Assembly: GCA_964349125.1 (NCBI GenBank)
Contig: CAYGFH010000001.1
Location: 708,801 to 772,800 of the forward strand
DNA from: an uncultured Gammaproteobacteria bacterium
Lineage (GTDB): Bacteria > Patescibacteriota > Microgenomatia > UBA10105 > UBA927
Reading direction: 5' to 3'
Length of the DNA: 64,000 nt
The position numbers and the translations under genes were made by a program. A model generated the notes under the pieces. The model was not told the origin of the DNA, did no database searches, and worked only from the letters and a program-made list of their open reading frames with translations. Below are positions 22,201 to 30,778 of this stretch, piece after piece. How positions within the stretch are numbered: position 1 is the first letter of the stretch; every line of letters starts with the position of its first letter.

Positions 22201-22533
22201 GTGTGTGAACGTTTCTTCGGTTGGATTTTTTTCAAATTTTTGACACGCATACCGGATATACTCAGCCACCTTCTTTTTGGCTATCTCCCTTCCCTCCGGA
22301 CGGGTGAACCGATACTCCCCGCTCTTCGATCTCTCTGTGACGGGTGACTGTAGGGGATCTTGTTCGACGATATCTAATAAACTCTCCCGAACATGATATA
22401 TGTGCTCAGATAAAGAGAATCGTTGCTTTCTGTTTGGTGACTCGATAATACTGTCTAGCTCCCGAAAATATCGTTCTTTGGGGTCAGATGCCCGAATTGA
22501 TTCAATTGTGCCAGTCTCGCCCATACTTGACAT
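19276..22533 (-). CDS. large (1085 aa) soluble hypothetical protein, no recognisable family
   Basis: Uninterrupted 3258-nt ORF with coding-like composition. No TM helices, no Walker A/B, few Cys. Convergent on the sugar transferase gene and divergent from the 22697 operon. Confidence 0.55.
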   Translation of the reverse strand: MSSMGETGTIESIRASDPKERYFRELDSIIESPNRKQRFSLSEHIYHVRESLLDIVEQDPLQSPVTERSKSGEYRFTRPEGREIAKKKVAEYIRYACQKFEKNPTEETFTHAFGGIIALGELTLFPPKSIYESMEHTKNGTAETVGINPKQIDAIISLFSSHSTRVDSGQGKSNPDAVLASIAKVLLKHVQVHNYVIDEFARERDSEQIKKMAEQLSLPVFVFSEQDAKISSTHLYNKLTAQRSFLSQLPPTPNRSALLHKIELKISAYDRANAYARARESLLPSAQLEAPAIAIGTDGDFKFAYLKKEHPELFTGRIEAIADEGDLQWRTDTVNVLEAPNSSAVEGYLPDWISMIVAEHVCKRLVKNGDIINQNGFYTFNDEVNDDSIRKYERQFKRGLQKIQETGRLPSEFHAALVDRLRTIQESLPVHLRMSTQDMHKSAIKLIQSYAKLPAKDYPINFYAQAWMQALPMKDGTEYAAANNTVHVIDRHTGRQLTSHRYQDLLDVAVDVAQGVCSLRGGGDIAQASIGHWSFLQSVYGEKQYAILTMTTDGIEEEIKEILKKPIVNSERWIGKPVPIPDHAVEESQDDAIETLRQLTENPRPHLIVTDNDHEVEDIQEALLATLPEHSNVVISTITSKSTIEEEKEIYKNAGLAHHITIANPKAGRMIDIKTSQESDMSGGLRVVAWGPLHAKDVLIQVLQRAKRAGHPGSAEWITYKHGGHVGLADHALISMYPTFKEEMEAIPSKTSIPYDFSLIEKMHARQFELTASRRLQIWYEDTIRTFLTHSIKEAIGKQIVIKEDKVVTIDDHLLFTPAYVEKFLDLHSSIIQSTAHAEAKLKSITTIDQELRKIGGDLSHVRKLASELVTFQRSSPLARDLNKLKIDAIGEVNEPPSVRLNRTIPAWERLHAAIQNTSKPKIITLPIPKKITSLVSLAPEIHEIGGIQRIRIGEYIKSEKTERIILSDLPNILLTVKRVVLGATSKNNKRIPMVHEFSYRITTMNPVTKSIDDDITISYTSRVQKNGKLNKKHDQAYLKEYVELLMNTLKMKGADKKSINASIKQLRKLLRMKKFTTFKGAQTF

Positions 22534-22696
22534 TATAGCTTATAGTATACTATTATCTAAATACAGCGTTTAGAGTGAGAACTTGAATTTTTATTTATCT
22601 ACTCTATACTTAAGAGTATAAAGAAAATAAGAATAAATTGTCACAAAGAAGAATATTCTTTGCACCTTATACGACTGTATATACACAATATAAGAT

Positions 22697-24688
22697 ATGA
22701 CAATGATTGAAGTACATGAAAGTACACAGGATACGGATCAACATTCCGGACCTTGGGCAGTGAATATATCCCCGGGCATTACGATTGATTCATTAACCCC
22801 TCACAGCAGTCAGGTTGATGCTGTAACCAGGCTTCTAGATAGCCATAAAGAGCTCACTTCGCAGGAAAGAGATGCAATTTTATTCACGTCAATCGGCATG
22901 GCTACGAATCACGGTGAAACCGTACAAAAGTTTAATAGCGCGTTGAATTCGTTTCAGGCGAGTCAAAACGCGTTTGACGCAAAACTCACCAAAAATGAAG
23001 TTCGTGATGCTGCCAAGCCATATGTAGAAGTGGTTCGTGCGTATGAGGACAACCCCCAAATCCGGGAGCAAGCGGACGTGTTGGCGAAAATTTGGACGAA
23101 CCTATATTCCGAACCAATTACCGGGAGAGAGGTGTTGGGAGGGTTATACATCGGAGGATCCGTTATCGATGGATGGCGAAAAATGTCGCCAAAAAAGAAG
23201 TTGCTTATCGTGGGTCTGTTGCTTGCTGGTGGTATTACAGCATGCGCAGGAAGCCAAGAAACTGCTCCAAATAGCACCATAGAAATTACGTTTAACGTAA
23301 ATATCTCTGTAAACTCGGAGGTTGTTCCTATAACAGAGCCAATGCATGGGTTACTATCTGATTCGGAAGGTCGACTTATTGATCCTGCGGGTAATGTTAT
23401 AGCACCTGTTCCTCAGGGAGATAAATTTCTGTATACCGGTGTTTCTGCAACTGAAAATGAATTCCAATTTGCCACGATTGATGTGGGTGAAGGGCGTGTT
23501 ACTGTATTTCAGCAAGTTGAAAATGGGAATCCTTCAGTCATGATGTTTGTATCTGAGCCTGATGAACACGGTGCGTACACCCTTATTGATGAAAATAATG
23601 TGAAATCTGATTACACCATTTCTCTTTTTGGCAATAAAATCGTTCTAAACGATAATTCTACTGGTCTCCATTATCTGATCACAGCCGCAACTTTCTTAGA
23701 TGGGTTAGCAACTCCATCGGTTATTGACTCCCCTACTCCGGCAATCGATCAGTTACAAAATAGCTATCCGGTGTACAATGTGTCCTTTAATAATTCAGAA
23801 ACTATACAACCCCAAACACACGAGGTCCACACACAAACGGCTGTACCATCGCCAACTGCAGCGCCGACCGAAACACCAAATTCACTCGTCAATGCCCCTC
23901 CGGGAACGACGCGTGCTGAAAATGGCAAGTATTACATGGATAAGGTTATTGAGGGTAATGAAGTAGTGGTCTTTGAATATACAAAAATCTTAGGACAATC
24001 AGGAGAAACGCTATATGAGGGATGGACAATGCAAAAAACAGTCGGCGAAGGCATCCCATTAATAGATTGGACAAACACATTGGAAGGATATGAACGGGAT
24101 ATAGGATTTGTTAATTTATTTGTATCCCCCGAGGCGATGGGATCATTTGATGTTCCCAGTTTTTCCCATACGAATAAAACGGTTGCAAATGCAAATGATT
24201 CTGACTTGACATCACGGGTTATAGTATCAATATTTAATAGGACAAATGCAGGGAGAAATCCGAATAATTCAGAATCTTGGCAGCAAGACCTTAAATTACA
24301 AAAAGGAGAAGTCCCAATTAGCTTTACAACAACTGATACAGCGATAGCAGAAACATGGAATATTAGCCCTGATAATGGAGCAAGTGTATTTCTTGTTAGT
24401 TGGGATAGTTTGGAAGGTTCTGAAGAATTCTTTCTACACGGGGTATCATGTCGATCAAAAGTTCTTGGGGTTGATAAAGATGGAAAATTAGTTGGAGTGA
24501 TAGCAGTTAAAGCCGAACTTAATACATTAACGGAAGATCAGTGGTGGAGAGTAATTCTTTTTCATGCTGCCAGCGTTATAGATCATGCTGATCAATCCCA
24601 ACAAGGTGGAAACGAAACACTTGAGAGTTGGATCGCATTTGCAGATAATAAATTCCCTAATACCTGGATCGTTCAGACCTCAGAATAA
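22697..24688 (+). CDS. single-pass membrane protein with about 160-aa cytoplasmic N-domain and large extracytoplasmic domain (alternative reading: lipoprotein starting at 23183)
   Basis: Hydrophobic segment KKKLLIVGLLLAGGITACAGS (lipobox-like ITAC). The extracellular part is rich in Thr/Asn/Pro. Confidence 0.5.
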   Translation: MTMIEVHESTQDTDQHSGPWAVNISPGITIDSLTPHSSQVDAVTRLLDSHKELTSQERDAILFTSIGMATNHGETVQKFNSALNSFQASQNAFDAKLTKNEVRDAAKPYVEVVRAYEDNPQIREQADVLAKIWTNLYSEPITGREVLGGLYIGGSVIDGWRKMSPKKKLLIVGLLLAGGITACAGSQETAPNSTIEITFNVNISVNSEVVPITEPMHGLLSDSEGRLIDPAGNVIAPVPQGDKFLYTGVSATENEFQFATIDVGEGRVTVFQQVENGNPSVMMFVSEPDEHGAYTLIDENNVKSDYTISLFGNKIVLNDNSTGLHYLITAATFLDGLATPSVIDSPTPAIDQLQNSYPVYNVSFNNSETIQPQTHEVHTQTAVPSPTAAPTETPNSLVNAPPGTTRAENGKYYMDKVIEGNEVVVFEYTKILGQSGETLYEGWTMQKTVGEGIPLIDWTNTLEGYERDIGFVNLFVSPEAMGSFDVPSFSHTNKTVANANDSDLTSRVIVSIFNRTNAGRNPNNSESWQQDLKLQKGEVPISFTTTDTAIAETWNISPDNGASVFLVSWDSLEGSEEFFLHGVSCRSKVLGVDKDGKLVGVIAVKAELNTLTEDQWWRVILFHAASVIDHADQSQQGGNETLESWIAFADNKFPNTWIVQTSE

Positions 24689-24772
24689 GTCAGTAGTGAC
24701 CCTATCTGTCCTTGTTTTTTTGTAATTTTTCATTTACCCTAGAACTGGTACGTGATTTCTCCAGGTACATGT

Positions 24773-25411
24773 ATGAATAAGTTTTTGGGTCTCTTCCTTG
24801 TCCTGTTACTGCTGTTTGCGCCGATTATATTCATATCTTTTAGGCAACCTTTACTGTCAAGATATGTAAAGCAAATACTTGGTATTCCAAGTAACACCCA
24901 AAACTCTGCCAAGTACGAGGCAGTAAATGAATCAAAAAAACAGGTACTGAAAATAGTTGACACATCGTATTTGGACTTTATTGCATCGAACTTTGGCCTG
25001 TTTGAAAAAAATGTCATTATCGATCCTAAATTCTACATTGAAGGCAAAAAAAATGATACAAAATATACTATTTCAAAAATCGAATTTAAACTAATTGATG
25101 ATATGCCTCAGTATGTCTATGCGGCTACAGGTCCAACTAATTTTGCAAGTAAAGGAAATTATCAGATCAACGGCGATACGTTAATTATTGTAGTTTCATT
25201 ATTCACAGATCAGATACCGAAAAATACAATTATTAATACGTATAAAATTGAAGAGGTATTTTTAAAAACGGTGTTTACAACTTTACTCTACGCAAAAGGA
25301 CTGAGTACACCGAATGAAATGGCGGTATATATTTCCGATATAAGTGAAGGTATGGACAAATATTTAAAATCAGGGTTATTTGCCTGGCCGATTGAAGTTC
25401 AAGAATTATGA
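24773..25411 (+). CDS. small membrane-anchored hypothetical protein
   Basis: N-terminal TM (MNKFLGLFLVLLLLFAPIIFISF). Stop overlaps the next start (ATGA). The ORF track starts at 24752. Confidence 0.45.
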   Translation: MNKFLGLFLVLLLLFAPIIFISFRQPLLSRYVKQILGIPSNTQNSAKYEAVNESKKQVLKIVDTSYLDFIASNFGLFEKNVIIDPKFYIEGKKNDTKYTISKIEFKLIDDMPQYVYAATGPTNFASKGNYQINGDTLIIVVSLFTDQIPKNTIINTYKIEEVFLKTVFTTLLYAKGLSTPNEMAVYISDISEGMDKYLKSGLFAWPIEVQEL

Positions 25412-27069
25412 AAAAATATTTGTTGTTAATTTGCAGTATATTCGTTGTTTCTATAGTCATTCTTCAACGCCCTTCCCCCATATATGCTCAGGATGTCTGT
25501 TCAGGTAGTCCTGCGTGCAATTGGGTTTGGCTACCATACACATGGTACGGTTGTACGGGAGAAGGTCAGTATAGATCCTGCCAATGGCAAACAGAAATGC
25601 GGACTGTATGTCAGATCCCTCAGTCTGGTGGTGGTGCATGTTCGTGTTGTTGGCCGGATGGCTGCTATTTAAATTGTCCGGGTACAAACACGGGGGGAAC
25701 GGATCCTCCACCGGACGGGACGCCGGAGCCAACAAGTCCCCCTCCTTCATGCCAAAATATGTACTACTGCAACACAACGACATACACATGTCAACAGACT
25801 GGTTCTCAATACAGCACCACAAGTCCATACCCTGTTTGCGGAGGTTCGTCTCCTACATGCTCGCAAAATTTAACGACATCCCTCCCGGGGCAAACATCAG
25901 GAGCGTGCTTCACCTCTTTGGCGACATGCCAATTGGGTTGTGTTGCTCCACCCGGTGTTGTCCGTATGCGTGCTTCTGTAATTCCAAACACAGCCAACAC
26001 ATGCGCAGACGTGACCTCCAGCACCAATTACACCCCAGTCGGGGTTCAGTTATTCCCAGACGGAACGTCAAAAACTACAGCATCAGATGGAACATACGCG
26101 AGTGCACGATGGGCAAATTCAAACCCTGGAACCAAGTCTTTTGTTGATACGCCGCCGACTGGTTATATCCTTACGCTCGCCTGCTATAACACCACGTCTC
26201 AACCGGCGTACGCATCTGGGTATACGGCGACACTTCCAACAGGAGAAACGTTGACATGGCAATTAGGGTATACTGCGGGCGTTGGTTGGTTCCAAGCGCA
26301 GGGCGGAGATGTGTATGCAGCAAGTACACTTCGGTCATATATTCCTGTCGGTGCAGTTGGTGGGCGATATTTTGTTGGTAACGGCAGTACAGGTGGGATG
26401 CCAGGAGTAGTTACTTTTGGGGCAACATATGATTTCGATAACACGGCTGCAAATGGGGCAGGATATGTTTCAACCAAAAATTGGTTAGTTAATGAATCAC
26501 AGTCAGCAACCGATTTCTATAGCGTGATGTACCACAGGTTAGGTTCACCCACTGTAGCAGATTTTTCCGGAGATACAACGCTCAACGCGAAGCTAACATC
26601 AAAAGCCGATCCGTATTATGTAGACGGGAATTTGACAATAGATACGGCAGATTGGTTGGTCGGAAATAACGAAACCATCACGGTGCTTGTAAACGGAAAT
26701 TTAACCATAAACAGACGGGTAAATATTTCAGGAACAGGATTTGTAGCCTTTATTGTAAATGGTACGATTACAATAGGGTCAGATGTGGGGACTACATCGA
26801 CTAGTGCGACACCAGTAATTGAAGGCATATACATTACCTCCCCTGCCGGATCGTTTCGCACCAGCGCATCAACTACAGCGGCCGCCAGACGATTTGTAGG
26901 CAAGGGAACATTTATTGCCGGAACATTTACCCTCGAACGCGATCTGGATGCAGATACGAGAAATATTGACTACGCCGCTGAGCTGTTTATCTACAACCCA
27001 GAGCTGATGCTTCGGATGCCGGATAAAATGAAAGATCTCCCGGTGAGTTGGCAAGAGGTCGCGCCGTAG
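25408..27069 (+). CDS. secreted Cys-rich protein with Pro/Thr linker and C-terminal parallel beta-helix-like repeats
   Basis: Signal peptide MKKYLLLICSIFVVSIVILQRPSPIYA/QD. About 22 Cys lie in the first 150 mature residues (CSGSPACNW...CSCCWPDGCYLNC). PT-rich linker (TDPPPDGTPEPTSPPP). NxT-rich repeats (GNLTIDT, VNGNLTIN, VNGTITIG). GC is noticeably higher than the flanks. Confidence 0.55.
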   Translation: MKKYLLLICSIFVVSIVILQRPSPIYAQDVCSGSPACNWVWLPYTWYGCTGEGQYRSCQWQTEMRTVCQIPQSGGGACSCCWPDGCYLNCPGTNTGGTDPPPDGTPEPTSPPPSCQNMYYCNTTTYTCQQTGSQYSTTSPYPVCGGSSPTCSQNLTTSLPGQTSGACFTSLATCQLGCVAPPGVVRMRASVIPNTANTCADVTSSTNYTPVGVQLFPDGTSKTTASDGTYASARWANSNPGTKSFVDTPPTGYILTLACYNTTSQPAYASGYTATLPTGETLTWQLGYTAGVGWFQAQGGDVYAASTLRSYIPVGAVGGRYFVGNGSTGGMPGVVTFGATYDFDNTAANGAGYVSTKNWLVNESQSATDFYSVMYHRLGSPTVADFSGDTTLNAKLTSKADPYYVDGNLTIDTADWLVGNNETITVLVNGNLTINRRVNISGTGFVAFIVNGTITIGSDVGTTSTSATPVIEGIYITSPAGSFRTSASTTAAARRFVGKGTFIAGTFTLERDLDADTRNIDYAAELFIYNPELMLRMPDKMKDLPVSWQEVAP

Positions 27070-27070
27070 A

Positions 27071-27099
27071 TTGTCCGTATACACTGTTTATGATATAAT
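27071..27099 (+). promoter_or_regulatory. rpmH promoter: TTGTCC-17-TATAAT with extended TG (TGaTATAAT)
   Basis: Read directly. The -10 lies 7 nt upstream of the rpmH ATG region. Overlaps the end of the upstream CDS. Confidence 0.45.
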
Positions 27100-27105
27100 T
27101 CCTCT

Positions 27106-27243
27106 ATGGTCAAACGAACATATCAACCAAAAAAAGGCAAACGAGCGCGCACACACGGATTTCGAGAGCGCATGAAAACAGTTGGCGGACGCAAGGTTCT
27201 GAAAAGACGCCGTTTTATCGGTCGCGTGAAATTGAGCGTATAA
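27106..27243 (+). CDS. rpmH: 50S ribosomal protein L34
   Basis: Manual translation gives [45 protein letters not shown] (45 aa), a textbook L34. Too short for the ORF track. Immediately precedes rnpA. Confidence 0.9.
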   Translation: MVKRTYQPKKGKRARTHGFRERMKTVGGRKVLKRRRFIGRVKLSV

Positions 27244-27277
27244 GTATCTTCAGTGCGAGACGGTTGGTAGGATTACT

Positions 27278-27649
27278 ATGTTACCCCGACACAATAGGTT
27301 GCCTGCTTTTGAAGTGCGCCGGATTATGCGGCATGGAATCAGATACTCTGCTGAGTCGGTTACCTGCATATACCATATTCGCAGAACCTCTCAGGGTGAA
27401 ATAACGCCAGTACAATGCTCTCCCAGATTTTCGTTTGTGGTGTCAGTAAAAGTAAGTAAAAGTGCTGTGATTCGCAATCGCGTCCGGCGGACACTTCGGG
27501 AATCTATACACCATCTGTTACCAAGTGTGACAGAAACAGTCGATATGGTAATAATAGGAACAAAGAAGCTTATGGGATTGTCTCAAGTTGAAGTTCAAAA
27601 GAGAGTATCAGATCTGCTTAGTAAGGCTCGTCTCATGAATCATGAATGA
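27278..27649 (+). CDS. rnpA: ribonuclease P protein component
   Basis: 123 aa, basic, with conserved rpmH-rnpA synteny. RNR motif region ([12 protein letters not shown]). Confidence 0.85.
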   Translation: MLPRHNRLPAFEVRRIMRHGIRYSAESVTCIYHIRRTSQGEITPVQCSPRFSFVVSVKVSKSAVIRNRVRRTLRESIHHLLPSVTETVDMVIIGTKKLMGLSQVEVQKRVSDLLSKARLMNHE

Positions 27650-27716
27650 TGAATCAGGAATCAAGTATAAAATAAAACAAAATACCCATAATTCAATGTT
27701 CATAATTCTTCATTCA

Positions 27717-27986
27717 ATGCCGCGTCAATTTGCTCTCTTTACCATCCGTTTCTATCAGAAAGTTCTCTCATTTGATACAGGATATGCCGGAAAACTGATC
27801 CCTCTTGGGAAGACGTGCAGGTTTACTCCTACCTGCAGTGAATTCGCGTATCAAGCGATCGATCGCTATGGTATACTATACGGATCGTGGTTAGCCATTG
27901 GTAGGATACTGCGCTGTCACCCATGGAATCCCGGAGGATGGGATCCTGTACCGGAAAGAAACTCCGACAATCGCGCCCGATTATAA
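27717..27986 (+). CDS. yidD: membrane protein insertion efficiency factor YidD
   Basis: IRFYQKVLS...[19 protein letters not shown]...[18 protein letters not shown]. Start chosen at the internal ATG(27717). The ORF track starts at 27642, overlapping the rnpA stop. Confidence 0.8.
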   Translation: MPRQFALFTIRFYQKVLSFDTGYAGKLIPLGKTCRFTPTCSEFAYQAIDRYGILYGSWLAIGRILRCHPWNPGGWDPVPERNSDNRARL

Positions 27987-27991
27987 TTACT

Positions 27992-28837
27992 ATGGAAAAT
28001 CCAACAATCTGGAATCAACTGTTAGTTTGGCCAATCGTTAATGTCCTTATGGCCCTCTATAAGGGATTTGAATACCTTCATATTCCGGGCCCTCTTGGCT
28101 TTGCCGTTATAGGACTGACGATCATCATCAGAGCTCTCCTGTACCCGCTTATGAATGCCCAGATGAAATCGGCAAAAAAAATGTCTGCACTGAAGCCTCA
28201 TCTTGATACCATTTCCGAGAAACACAAAGGAGATAAACAAGCACTGCAACAGGCACAGCTTGCACTCTATAAAGAGCATGGGGTAAACCCAGCAGCAGGG
28301 TGTCTTCCCCTGTTGATTCAGATGCCAGTGCTTATCGCGCTCTATAACGTGTTTTATCAGGTGTTGAATAACGGGAACGTGCAAAAAGTTGTGGCTGAGC
28401 TCAATCATGTAGCATACGCATCGTGGTTACACATCGACAAGCTTGATCTGACGTTTTTGGGGGTAAATTTGGGTCTTAAACCCGGACAATGGCAAACACA
28501 TGGGTGGTGGTTACTCTCGATCCCTGTGATTACCGGAGCTCTGCAATGGTATCAAAGTAAACTGATGCTTCCACAGACTCCTGCAGATCCGGCAACACAG
28601 CTGAAACAGACAAGCAGTAAGAAGCAATCAAAAGCTATAGTGAAAAAAACTGACGATGCGGTAGCTGAGAAAAAACCGGAAGATACGGCGATGGAAATGC
28701 AAAAGCAAATGGCTATGATAACGCCGATCATGTTCGGATATTTTGCTCTGCAGTTTCCGTTAGGTCTGGCGCTCTACTGGAATGTTTTTGGTCTTTTTGG
28801 TATCATGCAACAACTTAAGATTAATAAGGAGAAATGA
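27992..28837 (+). CDS. yidC: membrane protein insertase YidC/Oxa1 family (short form)
   Basis: 5-TM YidC core with a C-terminal basic tail. Start chosen at the ATG just after the yidD stop. The ORF track starts at 27923. Confidence 0.85.
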   Translation: MENPTIWNQLLVWPIVNVLMALYKGFEYLHIPGPLGFAVIGLTIIIRALLYPLMNAQMKSAKKMSALKPHLDTISEKHKGDKQALQQAQLALYKEHGVNPAAGCLPLLIQMPVLIALYNVFYQVLNNGNVQKVVAELNHVAYASWLHIDKLDLTFLGVNLGLKPGQWQTHGWWLLSIPVITGALQWYQSKLMLPQTPADPATQLKQTSSKKQSKAIVKKTDDAVAEKKPEDTAMEMQKQMAMITPIMFGYFALQFPLGLALYWNVFGLFGIMQQLKINKEK

Positions 28838-28890
28838 GTGGATATGTCTGACTAGTACCTAGTCTTTCATGTCTGGTCTCGGTTATATAT

Positions 28891-29346
28891 ATGGAACATA
28901 AAGATACAGTCAAACAAATAACAGAAGATTTACTCTCGCGCATCGGAGTGATGGGAACCGTTACAGTGGATATAGATGAGACCGAGAGTTTTCGAGTGCA
29001 TATCGAAACAGAGGAGACGGGTCTTCTTATCGGATTCCACGGCCGAACATTGGAGAGTCTTCAAATTATCCTTGGTATTATCGTTTCCAAAGAGTTGAAC
29101 ACCTGGGTGAAAGTATATGTAAATGTCGGTGATTATCGGGAAAAAAGAGAAGAAGCACTTATGCTCATGGCTCAGCATGCCGCGGAACGCGCACTTGCTG
29201 CAGGTCGTGAGATTGAACTCGCAAATCTTTCAGCATCAGAGCGCCGGGTTATCCACCTGACACTCAGTGGTGATGACCGTGTCGAAACTGAATCAGTAGG
29301 CGAAGGAAACAGGCGCACGCTTCTGGTAAAGCCAAAAACAGTATAA
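28891..29346 (+). CDS. Jag/KhpB-like RNA-binding protein (KH + R3H)
   Basis: C-terminal R3H motif region (RRVIHLTLSGDDRVETESVGEGNRRTLLVKPK). Conserved position after yidC. Confidence 0.8.
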   Translation: MEHKDTVKQITEDLLSRIGVMGTVTVDIDETESFRVHIETEETGLLIGFHGRTLESLQIILGIIVSKELNTWVKVYVNVGDYREKREEALMLMAQHAAERALAAGREIELANLSASERRVIHLTLSGDDRVETESVGEGNRRTLLVKPKTV

Positions 29347-29358
29347 TCTACTATACTA

Positions 29359-30663
29359 GTGGGTGTGATTCACAGTTTTTTATTTTCGCTGCTTGTTGTT
29401 TTGCTGCCCACTCAACTTGGGTATCATTTTTGGCCAGAGTGGTCGCATGTCCTTGGAAGACGCATTGATTACCTATCCCCTACTGTGTATCTTACCGATA
29501 TTCTGATCCTATTAACGCTTGGAAGTTGGGCATGGGCAGTTCGAAAAAGTATTATGTATCGTGTATGGCGTATTGAGTCTTTTAGAAAAAAAACACACAG
29601 AATACAGTATACCGTATACGCAATACTCTTTTTCATTATTATAAACATCGCAACTTCCCTCTCCCCCATTCATTCTCTGTACCAATGGATAAAAGTGCTT
29701 GAGTATTCACTATTGGCTGTATATATCATAAAAACAAAACCCTCCAAATCCCATGTCGTTATGTTGTTGTCTGTAGCACTGTTCTACTCTTCTCTTATCG
29801 CTATTATTCAATTTTATTTGCAACGCTCGATAGGTGGTCCGCTGTGGCTTCTTGGAGAGCGGACATTTTCCGCTTCAACTCCCGGCATTGCCCAGTTCCC
29901 CATTGTGTGGGAAATTGGATCTTGGACATTGGATCTTGGACTTAGGTTACGTTCATACGGCACATTCCCCCACCCGAATGTGCTCGGAGGATTTATTGCC
30001 ATAACCATACCTTTGTTGATAGGTGCGCTCAAATATACACACCTGTCCTGGCGCAGTACGCATTTTTTTCATATAAATATTGCTATTTCGGTAGTTGCGC
30101 TACTGTTAACGTTTAGTCGTGGAGCATGGATAGTCGGTACGATCGGCATTATCATTTCTTTGCTGCAATCCCCATCAAACGAGCCAAGAATGAAATACAA
30201 TCCTATTTGGAAATATGGTGGTGCAATTGTTAGCAGTATTCTCCTGTATGGGTTATTCGCAGTAGTACATTCAGGCGGTGAGTCAGTCGTTGTGAGGATA
30301 GCGCTTAACGAATCCGCGATTTCTATGTGGGAGCGTTATCCGTGGTTTGGCGTTGGACTGGGGAATTTTATTACCGCTCTCCCCTCTTTTTTATCGTCAC
30401 ATTTTATATATTTTTTGCAACCAGTCCACAACATTTATCTGTTACTTTTGTCAGAACTCGGTGTCGTTGGGATAGTTCTTCTCTGTGTTGGTTCATACAG
30501 ACTTATGCCTCTCATACGTAGCGTTTCACCGCACAGCGCACGTACTATGTTTCTCTACGCACTCCTGGCTATAGGTGTACTTGGATTGGTTGACCACTAC
30601 CCACTCACCGTACAGCAGGGACAACTGCTCCTCACGGTATTACTTGCGTTGAATGTTCTATAG
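29359..30663 (+). CDS. O-antigen ligase (Wzy_C) family membrane protein
   Basis: About 10 TM helices. Wzy_C loop WFGVGLGNF...HNIYLLLLSELGVVG. Confidence 0.7.
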   Translation: MGVIHSFLFSLLVVLLPTQLGYHFWPEWSHVLGRRIDYLSPTVYLTDILILLTLGSWAWAVRKSIMYRVWRIESFRKKTHRIQYTVYAILFFIIINIATSLSPIHSLYQWIKVLEYSLLAVYIIKTKPSKSHVVMLLSVALFYSSLIAIIQFYLQRSIGGPLWLLGERTFSASTPGIAQFPIVWEIGSWTLDLGLRLRSYGTFPHPNVLGGFIAITIPLLIGALKYTHLSWRSTHFFHINIAISVVALLLTFSRGAWIVGTIGIIISLLQSPSNEPRMKYNPIWKYGGAIVSSILLYGLFAVVHSGGESVVVRIALNESAISMWERYPWFGVGLGNFITALPSFLSSHFIYFLQPVHNIYLLLLSELGVVGIVLLCVGSYRLMPLIRSVSPHSARTMFLYALLAIGVLGLVDHYPLTVQQGQLLLTVLLALNVL

Positions 30664-30778
30664 CATGTATAAGTGCATCGGCTCTGTCTCTTCAAATACG
30701 GATTCACGTGTACAGCAGTACAAATCGCGCTTGTTCAATTCGTTATTCATAATCCGTAAATCGTGCTAGAATATTGCC

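Noticed and set aside
25457-26477. Multiple overlapping ORFs on both strands (25457-25828, 25584-26147, 25806-26027, 26199-26477 and others)
   Set aside because: They are shadow ORFs created by the higher GC of the 25408-27069 gene. They lack start context and domain content, and the long plus-strand frame with a signal peptide explains the region.
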